DNA of 64,000 bases. Source: an uncultured Gammaproteobacteria bacterium (GTDB taxonomy: Bacteria > Patescibacteriota > Patescibacteriia > UBA1558 > 2-01-FULL-52-15). Shown in pieces: positions 48,074 through 57,533 of this stretch. The position numbers were made by a program, and so were the translations under genes. The stretch is taken from assembly GCA_964517065.1 (NCBI GenBank), contig CAZFBK010000001.1:41734-105733 (forward strand), in the 5' to 3' direction. Below the pieces are notes generated by a model that saw only the letters and a list, made by a program, of their open reading frames with translations, was not told the DNA's origin and did not search any database. Each line of letters begins with the position of its first letter. Position 1 is the stretch's first letter.

Positions 48074-49916
48074 GTTGCCACTGAAAAATCACAAACTCTG
48101 GTCGTGGCTGCTCATCGCGGTAGCCAGTGTTGTTTTACTCTGCTTACTTCTCCTGATCACCGCCTGGCTGTTGCAGTTAACCTATCGTGATCGCTTCTGG
48201 CCTAGTATCCATGTCGCCAACGTCAAACTAGGCGGTTTGGAATATCGCCTCGGATCAGAACAACTCCAGCAAAAAATTGATAGCGTCAATAATCACGGCT
48301 TCGTCTATACCAGTGACGTCAAAACTATCAAAATCTACCCAACTACCGTAGCACCAGGTGATCCTGATGTCTCGCATCAGCTTGTTAGCTGGCATACCCA
48401 GCAGGCACTAGATCAGGCTTGGGCTGTGGGCAAAAGCTCTAATCCTCTTGTGACTATTCGCGATGCCTTTGGTTTGATCACCGGACGTTCCTTTGACGTG
48501 CCCTATGATTGGAATCAAGGAGAATTCATGTCCGCTTTGCGCGACAGCTTCAGCGGTACCGTGACGGAGAAAAAAGAAGCAACTCTTGTCTTCGATCAAG
48601 GTCAACCGACTATCACCAGTGAAGCTACCGGAGTCACCTTTAGTTTCGATCAAGCTTTGAAACAAACAGCCGATCAGATTGGCCAACTTGATACGCGTGA
48701 GATTCGTCTAGAGAAAAAAATTGAACAACCTTCCATGACTCGAGCGAAGCTGTTGCCCCTGTTACCGCAAGTCACTACTGCCCTAAACTTTTCTGAATAC
48801 GCTCTAACGAATGACAAAAGTCGCTACCTGATCACCCCGACAGTACTCCGACGTTGGTTGACCTTCCTGCCGGATGATCACGGACAACCGTATCTCACTA
48901 CCAGTTTAGCTAATATGGATGAGTGGCTCGGAGCAATCCGTACGGAAGTGGAGAAGCCAGCTCAAAACGCCAAATTCGCCATTAATAATGGTAAAGTCAC
49001 AGAATTTCAGGCTAACCAAGATGGCATCAGTATTGATACTGATCAACTGCAAAAAAACCTCACACAGAATCTCCCCTTCCATCAGGACGTAACGTTGCCA
49101 ATCAAGACAGAAAAGGCGCAAAACACTGTTTCGCAAGCCAATGATTTAGGGATCACTACACTCCTCGGCACAGGTACGTCTGATTTCTCCGGAAGTCCGA
49201 AGAATCGTAGACACAATATCCAAGTGGGAGCAGCCGCAGTCAACGGATCTCTGGTAGCACCGGGGGAAGAATTTTCTTTATTAAAAACTCTCGGCACCAT
49301 TGATGGTACTACGGGCTATCTTCAGGAACTAGTGATCAAAGGTGACAAGACAACGCCAGAGTATGGAGGAGGCTTATGCCAGATCGGGACTACTACCTTC
49401 CGCGCTACCATGGCCGCTGGTCTGCCGGTGACTGAACGGCGCAATCACTCCTATCGAGTACGGTATTATGAACCGGCTGGTACTGATGCTACCATCTATG
49501 ATCCCGCTCCTGATTATAAATTCAAAAACGACACCGGCCACTACATCCTGATCCAAACCCGAGTAGATGACGAGCACAGTAAATTATATTTCGATGTTTG
49601 GGGTACTCCGGATGGACGCAGTATCACCCAAACAGAGCCGGAAATCTACAACATCGTATCACCAGGACCTGGCAAACTGATCGAAACGTTGGATCTGCCG
49701 GTCGGTACCAAAAAATGCACCGAGGTAGCCCACAGCGGCGCTGATGCCAAATTCGACTACACCATCAAATACGCCGATGGCAACGTCGATGCCACCACCT
49801 TCAAGAGCCACTATGTGCCCTGGCAAGAAGTCTGTCTCATCGGTGTCGATCATCTCAGTGCCACCACCACACCAGCAGGACCTGATGGCGGCGTGATTAT
49901 TAATTCTCTCAATTAA
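48054..49916 (+). CDS. VanW family protein with peptidoglycan-binding (PG_binding_4-like) region
   Basis: NR.HNI, PGEEFS, GGGLCQ..TT, ERRNHS, G.DATIY, D.KF.N. Confidence 0.9.
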   Translation: MNSLTNRLPLKNHKLWSWLLIAVASVVLLCLLLLITAWLLQLTYRDRFWPSIHVANVKLGGLEYRLGSEQLQQKIDSVNNHGFVYTSDVKTIKIYPTTVAPGDPDVSHQLVSWHTQQALDQAWAVGKSSNPLVTIRDAFGLITGRSFDVPYDWNQGEFMSALRDSFSGTVTEKKEATLVFDQGQPTITSEATGVTFSFDQALKQTADQIGQLDTREIRLEKKIEQPSMTRAKLLPLLPQVTTALNFSEYALTNDKSRYLITPTVLRRWLTFLPDDHGQPYLTTSLANMDEWLGAIRTEVEKPAQNAKFAINNGKVTEFQANQDGISIDTDQLQKNLTQNLPFHQDVTLPIKTEKAQNTVSQANDLGITTLLGTGTSDFSGSPKNRRHNIQVGAAAVNGSLVAPGEEFSLLKTLGTIDGTTGYLQELVIKGDKTTPEYGGGLCQIGTTTFRATMAAGLPVTERRNHSYRVRYYEPAGTDATIYDPAPDYKFKNDTGHYILIQTRVDDEHSKLYFDVWGTPDGRSITQTEPEIYNIVSPGPGKLIETLDLPVGTKKCTEVAHSGADAKFDYTIKYADGNVDATTFKSHYVPWQEVCLIGVDHLSATTTPAGPDGGVIINSLN

Positions 49917-49936
49917 CCCTGCTACGAAGTTAATCT

Positions 49937-50611
49937 ATGATTGTCTGGAGTAAAATAATATTTGGTTTCAGTCTATCCATTTTCATTTCTATCATCATTC
50001 TTACTATTGGTGAATCCATACCTCGAACAGTAGCTTTGGTATTAGCTGGTCTATTGATCGTCATCATGATCTCGATTAAATTTATCTTCTTGAGCAAAAT
50101 AATGCAGTCAGCGTTCTTCTATAAATCATTATCAAATCAAACTTGGGATTATACTCAAAGAAAATTTCTCAAAACCCAACCCGCCGATCCCGTAGCTGAT
50201 CAACAATTCGCAACTGCCAAGAATGAGTCTATCGATCAGCAACGTAAATTTGACGTAATAAGAAATTTATTGGGAGTTATCATTGCCTTACCTACGATTG
50301 CTCTCTTCATTATTACCTTGCCTGATTATAAGTATCGACTTCAAAATGCTTCACTAGACAATTCTAGTAGCGGTTATTTGATCATATTTGTGCCTCTGCT
50401 AATTATTGGAGTAGTGTTGCTTAAGGTTATTTCCTATAAGGCCTTCAAAGTTCGCTGGCAACCCGGTAAAATAGCTCTAGAAAATCGTGGTGACGAAAAA
50501 GAACAACTGGCAATTGACTATCGCAAAATGCCCCTTTGGCTTCAGGTGACGATCTGGCTCATCATGATTGGGCTCATGATTATCTCGATTAGTCTCAAAA
50601 TGACACGATAA
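49937..50611 (+). CDS. Hypothetical polytopic membrane protein
   Basis: About 5 hydrophobic segments. Confidence 0.65.
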   Translation: MIVWSKIIFGFSLSIFISIIILTIGESIPRTVALVLAGLLIVIMISIKFIFLSKIMQSAFFYKSLSNQTWDYTQRKFLKTQPADPVADQQFATAKNESIDQQRKFDVIRNLLGVIIALPTIALFIITLPDYKYRLQNASLDNSSSGYLIIFVPLLIIGVVLLKVISYKAFKVRWQPGKIALENRGDEKEQLAIDYRKMPLWLQVTIWLIMIGLMIISISLKMTR

Positions 50612-50776
50612 CCATCGGACTCCAGATGGCACACCGCCGGTTGTAAATTCGTTTAATTAACCCCTAGCTAACTTAATCACAACAGTTTGACAACAGTCTG
50701 ATACTAACCTAGTATAAGGCTGTTTTCGTTCGTTCGGTGCGACACAAACTCACCTACAACCAATAAGGAGAGCGCC

Positions 50777-51310
50777 ATGTCCGATAAAGCGGTGGCTATT
50801 GACCGCAGTATCATTGAAAAACAGGCTCTAATACGCTTCTGTCTCAACCAGTCGGGAGATTCTCCGTTTGATAACGTCAGGGCAGCCGTTCGCATCGTCA
50901 CGGTATCTCCGCAGCGCACCTTTATTCAGGTCCGCTACAGTTCTCTCAGCCCCTTCATGGCTCAGGGAGGAGAAGATCTTCATCTAGAAACCACCAGACA
51001 AGTTGCTGTGAAGACAAGACAGTGGTTTGAGGGCGATGACTGGAGCATCGCATTCAAAGCGTACCCGCTTATGAAAGAGAACTTAGCCTTACCGTGGCTA
51101 GGTATATATGAGCCATATTTTAGCGCCACTAAAAAAATCAACCCCCAACATCATCTGGCTATGCTGTACCTTACCCGGGTACACACCTTACTTCTGGCAA
51201 CTGTCGCCGATATTCCCGCCAACTTGAAGGTAAGGCGCCAAGATGTTGCTACGGTCGCAGAGAGATTTCAGGCGTTCATGACGGCAACGCTGCAGAGCTA
51301 TCAACCGTAG
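50777..51310 (+). CDS. Orphan hypothetical protein
   Basis: Promoter TTGACA-17-TAGTAT (50687-50715), AAGGAG SD, downstream terminator. Confidence 0.65.
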   Translation: MSDKAVAIDRSIIEKQALIRFCLNQSGDSPFDNVRAAVRIVTVSPQRTFIQVRYSSLSPFMAQGGEDLHLETTRQVAVKTRQWFEGDDWSIAFKAYPLMKENLALPWLGIYEPYFSATKKINPQHHLAMLYLTRVHTLLLATVADIPANLKVRRQDVATVAERFQAFMTATLQSYQP

Positions 51311-51335
51311 CTCGTCGCGCTGCCATCTCCACACT

Positions 51336-51371
51336 GCCCCCGACCACCACTGGTCGGGGGCTCCGTTTTTT
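51336..51371 (+). terminator. Intrinsic terminator
   Basis: GCCCCCGACCA-CCAC-TGGTCGGGGGC then T-tract. Confidence 0.8.
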
Positions 51372-51506
51372 ATCAGCGCTGAAAATGCAAGCTTCTATCT
51401 ATATCCGTTGGTCTACGATGAGCAAGGTATTCTTCATACCTCATACGTCCTACCTAATACTTTTCTGGTACTTTACACTTAAGACTTTCAACTTTATACT
51501 ACTCCC

Positions 51507-52517
51507 ATGGAAACCTCCCACGCCAAACGCACCATCATCCTCATTGTCAGCTTATTTGTCGCACTGATCCTGCTGGCTATTGCCTGGGAAGTGAAAAAAT
51601 ACGCCAATAGTCTACCACCCCCTATTCCCAACTATCAGGTCAACAGGGTAACAATAACCGACCAGACTGATGGTGCAAAAATATTGCCAAGCGAACTCAT
51701 CCCTGCCTGCCAAGGTCAGGATTGTATCGCTTCACTTGATCATCCGCAGTTCGAAACAGCCACCTCAGTCAGTACTTGGCTCAATGATGATGACCGTGTT
51801 TTTGGCCTATCTTATAATGGTGTCGTGCGTGCCTATCCGGAGAGAATCATCGCCTGGCATCTGGTCATCAATGATCAGATCAAAAATCAACCCATCATCG
51901 TCACCTATAGTCCTCTGACGGGTAGCGCGTCAGCCTATAAACCACTTGTAAATAGCATTAATACTCAATTCGGTGTCTCCGGTCTGGTGCGCGAAAGCGG
52001 CATCATACTCTATGATCGCTTGCAGGGAAATCTCTGGGAACAGCTGACTGGTCAGGCTATACTCGGTGCAGCTGCGCAAGCCAACGAGACACTCACTCCT
52101 CTGCCGGTCAGCCTGACTACATGGAAACTATGGAAAGAAGCGCATCCTGACACCGAGGTGTTAAGTAAAATTACAGGCTACAAAGGATCATACGCCAAAA
52201 CTCCTTATGACACCTATCTCGACACTGATAAGCTACTCTTGCAGGCAACATCAACCAATAAAACTCTACCAAATAAAACCTTAGTCTACGGCTTAGAGCT
52301 GGGAGGTACCAGCAAAGCCTATCCGGTCACAAGTCTGAAAACAACAGCTATCACCGATCGTATCGGCAGTGATACTATTACTATCCAACGACAAGCAGAC
52401 GGCCTAGTGACCGCAGTCAATACCAAAACCAATGAACCAATTCGCGTCACACCGGTGTATTGGTTTGCTTGGTCGTATTTCCACCCCGAGACAACTATTT
52501 ATTCAACCAAGCGTTAA
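51507..52517 (+). CDS. DUF3179 family membrane-anchored protein
   Basis: D.I.SLD.P.F, RAYP..I..WH.VIND, FGVSG, YD.....W.Q, YWFAW..FHP.T. Confidence 0.88.
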   Translation: METSHAKRTIILIVSLFVALILLAIAWEVKKYANSLPPPIPNYQVNRVTITDQTDGAKILPSELIPACQGQDCIASLDHPQFETATSVSTWLNDDDRVFGLSYNGVVRAYPERIIAWHLVINDQIKNQPIIVTYSPLTGSASAYKPLVNSINTQFGVSGLVRESGIILYDRLQGNLWEQLTGQAILGAAAQANETLTPLPVSLTTWKLWKEAHPDTEVLSKITGYKGSYAKTPYDTYLDTDKLLLQATSTNKTLPNKTLVYGLELGGTSKAYPVTSLKTTAITDRIGSDTITIQRQADGLVTAVNTKTNEPIRVTPVYWFAWSYFHPETTIYSTKR

Positions 52518-52706
52518 CTACTGCTTTTTTCTATCATCAGTCTTAAAGATAACGTGAAAACAAAAATAAGAAACCTGCCCTGACTTCTTCAAACTGCTAG
52601 CTTCCAACTCCAAACTTCTAGCTTCTAACCAACACTACAGCCTGTAGTTTACAATCAGCCTCAGAAGCTCTATACTACTGCTATCTATCATTAACTATCC
52701 ACAATC

Positions 52707-53489
52707 ATGCGAACCCTATCCGCACGTCTCCCTCTGGCTATCTTCGGAGTACTCCTCCTTGGAGGCTGCAACCTCTTTAGTTCACCGGCACCAAAGCCAA
52801 TAGCCCCAGAGCCAACTCCTGTAGTCCAACCCGCCAGCGTCACCGTCACCGGACAAGATGTCATTGATAATGTCGTAACCGTGGCCAGCGTGGTCTCCAA
52901 AGGTCCGGGTTGGATGACGATCCATGCCGATCTCGATGGTGCTCCTGGTGCTGTCATTGGCTACACGCCAGTTATGAATGGCGAGAATACTAATGTCAAA
53001 GTAACCATCGATCCAGCCAAAGCTACACCAACAATGTACGCTATGCTCCATATCGACTCTGGTATCCTCGGTACCTACGAATTCCCTGGTGCTGACGTCC
53101 CCGCCAAAGATGATGCCGGCATGATGATCTCCCCTAGCTTCATGATGACCAATGCAACTATCAGCACCTCCACAGCTACCAGCACTACCAAGACAACTAC
53201 TCCTGTCAAACCAGCTACCAAAACTTTCAATGTCAAAGGTTTAAATTTCAGCTTCGACACGAAAGAAATCAAGGTGAATAAAGGTGATACCGTAGTGATC
53301 AAATTCACCAACACCGAAGGTTTCCATGATTGGGTGATCGATGAATTCAATGCCCGAACCAAACAAATCGGCGAAGGCAAATCAGAAACCATAACCTTCG
53401 TGGCTGATAAAGCTGGCACCTTTGAGTATTACTGCAGTGTCGGCAAACACCGCGCTATGGGGATGAAGGGAAACCTTATCGTTCAATAG
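52707..53489 (+). CDS. Lipoprotein with C-terminal cupredoxin (plastocyanin-like) domain
   Basis: Lipobox LGGC; H...YYC.VG.H..MGM type-1 Cu ligands; N-terminal GW..IH / AMLH.D domain. Confidence 0.88.
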   Translation: MRTLSARLPLAIFGVLLLGGCNLFSSPAPKPIAPEPTPVVQPASVTVTGQDVIDNVVTVASVVSKGPGWMTIHADLDGAPGAVIGYTPVMNGENTNVKVTIDPAKATPTMYAMLHIDSGILGTYEFPGADVPAKDDAGMMISPSFMMTNATISTSTATSTTKTTTPVKPATKTFNVKGLNFSFDTKEIKVNKGDTVVIKFTNTEGFHDWVIDEFNARTKQIGEGKSETITFVADKAGTFEYYCSVGKHRAMGMKGNLIVQ

Positions 53490-53498
53490 AATACCACC

Positions 53499-53539
53499 CA
53501 AACAAAAAACCGCCCAGTATCTGGTCGGTTTTTTGTTTG
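53499..53539. terminator. Bidirectional intrinsic terminator
   Basis: CAAACAAAAAACCG.CCAG...CTGG.CGGTTTTTTGTTTG. Confidence 0.8.
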
Positions 53540-53711
53540 TAAAATAATCAATATTCAATGATCAAATTTCAAACAATAATCAATCATTAATATCAAATAT
53601 TCAAACATCTACCGCAGTATGCGTTTCGATATTTGAACTTTTATATTTGATATTGTTTAGTATTTAGTGCTTGGTTATTCGTTATTGATTTTTTATTTTC
53701 CGAAGGAAAAT

Positions 53712-53842
53712 AAAAAATCCCCAACAAACTGCACCCAAGAAAACTTGTCATAGTAGTTTTCCAGCCTGAGCCGGAAAAAAACTAGAGACAAGTCCCCATG
53801 CTTGTCGTGGATGCAGATTGTTAGGGACGTCCCATGTGGGAT
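53712..53842 (-). ncRNA. Putative ~130-nt rod-like structured RNA (6S-like or novel)
   Basis: Long hairpin 53718-53827 with G-U wobbles that pair only on the minus strand; upstream TTGACA-17-TAGTAT; U-tract at the 3' end; no ORF. Confidence 0.55.
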
Positions 53843-53847
53843 TTACT

Positions 53848-53949
53848 ATACTAGCATAGGCATAGGTTCCTGTCAATAGCCGGCAAAGACCCGATTTATC
53901 CCCATTTTATGCACCGTTCCTTGACTAATCAGGCACTATTGTATATGAT
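53848..53949. promoter_or_regulatory. Divergent sigma70 promoters
   Basis: Minus: TTGACA(53876-53871)-17-TAGTAT(53853-53848). Plus: TTGACT(53921-53926)-17-TATGAT(53944-53949). Confidence 0.6.
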
Positions 53950-54048
53950 TGTCCCATCATTTAGGCGGTTGAAATATCACCTACAGTGTTCGGGCAATCC
54001 AGAGGATCGCCCCTACCAACTACTAACTACCAACTACTAACTACCCCT

Positions 54049-54309
54049 ATGGGACTACCAGGAAAAAGACGTACTACCTCCTCGGGCCGCCGACGCGCTG
54101 CCCACTTCGCACTGACGAAGCCTGCTATTATGAGCTGTCAGAAATGTGGCAAGCCAAAAAAACCGCACTATGCTTGTCGCTTCTGCGGCTACTACCGTGG
54201 CACTGAGGTTGTAAATACGCTCCACCGTGCAACCAAACGTACTACTCGGAACGCTCAGCGTTCCACGCAGGCTAAGCGTGCGACAAAGAATACCAACGCC
54301 GCTAAATAA
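54049..54309 (+). CDS. rpmF: 50S ribosomal protein L32 with basic C-terminal extension
   Basis: M..P..R......RR, CQKCG..K.PH.AC..CG.Y; start ATG at 54049. Confidence 0.93.
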   Translation: MGLPGKRRTTSSGRRRAAHFALTKPAIMSCQKCGKPKKPHYACRFCGYYRGTEVVNTLHRATKRTTRNAQRSTQAKRATKNTNAAK

Positions 54310-54349
54310 GGGCGTTGTCTTTGTAATTTTGTTCTTTCAGTATTAAATT

Positions 54350-55234
54350 ATGGCCAACAGACATTTAGCTCGTACCTTAACCTTACAAAGTTTATTCGAA
54401 TGGGATTTCTACCAGGGCAAGGTTGAAATTGCCGAAGTTTTGGAAAACAATCGCAAAGAGTTCGCGCCAGAATTCGAAGATCAAGGCTTCAGTCTCCGCC
54501 TACTGGAAGAAGTCATTGATAACCACCTTATTATAGACAAACTGATTGCCAAATTCGCGCCCGAGTGGCCACTCGATCAGATCACCCTCGTCGATCGCAA
54601 TGTGTTGCGCATCGGCATCTATGAACTAAAATTTGATAATACTATCCCGCCGAAAGTAGCCATCAATGAAGCTATCGAATTAGCTAAAACCTATGGTGGC
54701 GGTTCTTCCGGTAAATTTGTTAATGGCGTGCTGGGCAGTATTTATAAAGAAATGGTTAAGCGCGGAGAGAAACAAAGCTTAGTCAGCCAAGGCATCAAAG
54801 AAGAATCCAGCGGTGGCATCGTCTATCGCCGTGAAGGCGCGGAATACAAATTTGTCCTGATCATGGACGCCTATGGCAAATGGACTTTCCCCAAAGGCCA
54901 CGTTGATCAAGGTGAGCGACCGGCTCAGGCTGCAGCGCGCGAGATCCGCGAAGAATTAGGCTTGGTTAATTTAGATGAGATTGATTATCTCGGTGATATC
55001 CAATTAAAAGTACACAAACCAGAGCAGGCTGCCTTCCGCAAATTAGTTCACATCTATTTATTTGAAACTACGGATACCGAGCTGCATATTCCCCAAGTTG
55101 CCGAGCTTAAAGATGGCAAATGGTTCTCAGCCGAAGAAGCTGTCGAGGCTATCGGCTATGAAGAAACTCGAGCTATATTTCAACAAGTCGTACAACGATT
55201 ACACAATCCCAATGAAGGACAGCAATCAGCTTGA
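54350..55234 (+). CDS. nusB: NusB fused to a C-terminal Nudix hydrolase
   Basis: R..AR...LQ.L, DRN.LR, INEAIELAK.YG...S.KFVNGVL; Nudix box GHVDQGE......AREIREELG. Confidence 0.93.
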   Translation: MANRHLARTLTLQSLFEWDFYQGKVEIAEVLENNRKEFAPEFEDQGFSLRLLEEVIDNHLIIDKLIAKFAPEWPLDQITLVDRNVLRIGIYELKFDNTIPPKVAINEAIELAKTYGGGSSGKFVNGVLGSIYKEMVKRGEKQSLVSQGIKEESSGGIVYRREGAEYKFVLIMDAYGKWTFPKGHVDQGERPAQAAAREIREELGLVNLDEIDYLGDIQLKVHKPEQAAFRKLVHIYLFETTDTELHIPQVAELKDGKWFSAEEAVEAIGYEETRAIFQQVVQRLHNPNEGQQSA

Positions 55235-55901
55235 GACCAGCCTCGGGCTTAAATTCAAAAATAAAGATCTCCTCCGTAGCGCACTGACGCATCGGTCGTA
55301 TTTGAACGAGCACAAAAATCTCGGCATTGATCATAATGAACGCCTAGAATTCCTCGGTGATGCTGTCTTGGAATTAATCGTGACGGAATTTCTCTTTCTC
55401 AACTATCCCAACCCAGAAGGCGAGCTGACCAACTGGCGATCAAGCCTCGTCAACGCCAATACGCTCGGTGATCTGGCTGAAGAGCTCGGTATCTATCCCT
55501 ATCTCTATCTCAGCCGTGGCGAAGCTAAAGATGATAACGCCAAAGCGCGCAAATATATCCTTGCTAATGCTATGGAAGCTCTCATCGGAGCTATCTATCT
55601 GGATCAGGGATTAGCCAAGACGGAGAAATTTATCACCGATACGGTACTGGTTAAACTCGATCATATCTTGAAAAAGCATTTATATATTGATCCCAAGAGT
55701 AAATTCCAAGAAAAATCACAAGAACTCTACGGCACGACTCCCCACTACAAAGTCATGACCGAGACAGGACCGGATCATCACAAACGGTTTGTCGTTGGTC
55801 TCTATATTGATAAAGAATTAATTGCTGAAGGCGAAGGTTTCTCCAAGCAGGAAGCGCAGATTACGGCTGCGGCTGAGGGACTGAAGCAGAAACGGTGGTA
55901 A
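55212..55901 (+). CDS. rnc: Ribonuclease III
   Basis: ALTHRSY, NERLEFLGDAVL, EA.IGAIYLD, dsRBD; start MKDS at 55212. Confidence 0.97.
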   Translation: MKDSNQLETSLGLKFKNKDLLRSALTHRSYLNEHKNLGIDHNERLEFLGDAVLELIVTEFLFLNYPNPEGELTNWRSSLVNANTLGDLAEELGIYPYLYLSRGEAKDDNAKARKYILANAMEALIGAIYLDQGLAKTEKFITDTVLVKLDHILKKHLYIDPKSKFQEKSQELYGTTPHYKVMTETGPDHHKRFVVGLYIDKELIAEGEGFSKQEAQITAAAEGLKQKRW

Positions 55902-55933
55902 GTTAGTTACCACGGAGTCAGTAGATATCCACG

Positions 55934-55984
55934 GTCGTAAGGGTGGGTTTGAAACCCACCCCGACGGGACAGCGACGCTGTCCC
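55934..55984. repeat. Two adjacent REP-like palindromes
   Basis: GGGTGGGTTTGAAACCCACCC and GGGACAGCGACGCTGTCCC. Confidence 0.7.
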
Positions 55985-56008
55985 TCAGCCGCTCAATAAA
56001 AATAAACT

Positions 56009-57529
56009 ATGAAAAAATTAAATAGCTCCCAATCAAGTCACCAGCTGGTGCCTTTTATTATTTTAATCCTCATCGCTGGACTGCTTAGCGCTGACATCTA
56101 TTTCTACTTCAAAGCTCATAAAGATAACACTGCTACTACCCTACCAACTGTCGCGACAAGCGATAACTGGAAAACCTACACCGACAGTGGCTTAGGTTTT
56201 CAGATTGATTATCCCGCTGACCAACCGATTGAATCCTATTTTAAAGACAATATCTTCTACACAGTTATAGGCACGATGCCCTATGAACCAGCTCCGGGAC
56301 TATTTACTATTGGGATGAAAAAAAATACCAGTGCAGAAGAGTACCTAGTACAAACGCAGAAAGATACCTCAGGTTGTAGCAAGTCAGAAGTTGTAACACT
56401 TAATAATCGTGATGCGATTTTTTATACCTGCGTCTCAGAATTCGCTGGCGACACTGTCGACAATTTCGTCATTGCCAGAAACAATAACATCTACCACCTT
56501 AGCTTCATGCTAGTACCACAAGGAACAACGGCCGAAAGCGTGAAGTTTGTCATTAGTCCGAATGATCAAAAAATGTTGGATAGCTTCAGTATAACTGAGC
56601 GCCTGACAGACTGGCAGTTGTATACCAACAGTGACTATGGTTTCAGTTTGCAATATCCTCAAGATTGGAAGCAAGAGAACTTCAAAGGAGGTATATCTGG
56701 CTGCTGCTTTACCGGCTCTGGTGTGGTTGCTATTGACTCGATAGAACAGCGACCTGGTGTTCATGAGGGCGAAGGTGAAGCATTGAGAATTTATTTAAAA
56801 GATATAACCCCAACTCAATACGCCACCGAATATAATACATTCAATAGAGTAGGTCTCAAAGATGCCGATTTTGTTGAGAAAAAACAGACAGAAACCTTAG
56901 CAGGTGTTGAAGTTACTCATTTAAGACTTGGCACTCCTATGGGCAGTTATTTCGAAGTTATCTTCTTTAAACAAGGCGTGCTGAAGCCTTTCTATATTGA
57001 ATACGATGATAATGATCCACTTCATCAGCAAATTCTTTCCACCTTCCGCCTCACTGACGATATGAGCGGATGGCAAACATATACGAATGAAAAATATGGT
57101 TTTAATTTTCAATATCCGTCTAATTGGAAGCAAATTAATTCGCCGACTTTTCTTCTTAATCTCTCGGAAAATGATCCATACAGTTACGATTTCAGCGGAG
57201 TGTTCATTAAAACAACAAATCCAACTACTATTGAAGATGCCTTGGCCAAGGCTATCATAGAATATAAGACCAAACTTGATGCTGATCCCGATTATCCTTC
57301 AAGCTATCCTAAATATACTGAACCAAAGGTCGTTGATTTTCATGGCCAGACAGCCATAAAAAGGTCTTATAAGACTTATGAAATAACTCCTCCAGGCACA
57401 GAATATATTTTACCCGAAAAGGGATTGATAATTACCATATCTGATTTATATGGAAATGGAAAAATATCCGTTGAGACAATGTCTACATTAAAGAATCAAA
57501 TCCTCTCCACCTTCAAATTTTTAAAATAA
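56009..57529 (+). CDS. Membrane-anchored protein with three PsbP-like modules
   Basis: TM; three W..Y.....GF...YP ... (I/M)L.(S/T)F modules. Confidence 0.8.
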   Translation: MKKLNSSQSSHQLVPFIILILIAGLLSADIYFYFKAHKDNTATTLPTVATSDNWKTYTDSGLGFQIDYPADQPIESYFKDNIFYTVIGTMPYEPAPGLFTIGMKKNTSAEEYLVQTQKDTSGCSKSEVVTLNNRDAIFYTCVSEFAGDTVDNFVIARNNNIYHLSFMLVPQGTTAESVKFVISPNDQKMLDSFSITERLTDWQLYTNSDYGFSLQYPQDWKQENFKGGISGCCFTGSGVVAIDSIEQRPGVHEGEGEALRIYLKDITPTQYATEYNTFNRVGLKDADFVEKKQTETLAGVEVTHLRLGTPMGSYFEVIFFKQGVLKPFYIEYDDNDPLHQQILSTFRLTDDMSGWQTYTNEKYGFNFQYPSNWKQINSPTFLLNLSENDPYSYDFSGVFIKTTNPTTIEDALAKAIIEYKTKLDADPDYPSSYPKYTEPKVVDFHGQTAIKRSYKTYEITPPGTEYILPEKGLIITISDLYGNGKISVETMSTLKNQILSTFKFLK

Positions 57530-57533
57530 ACCT

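Noticed and set aside
22801-49916. Vancomycin resistance cluster (VanY-like and VanW)
   Set aside because: The genes are 25 kb apart with no vanHAX or vanRS; both families are common cell-wall proteins.
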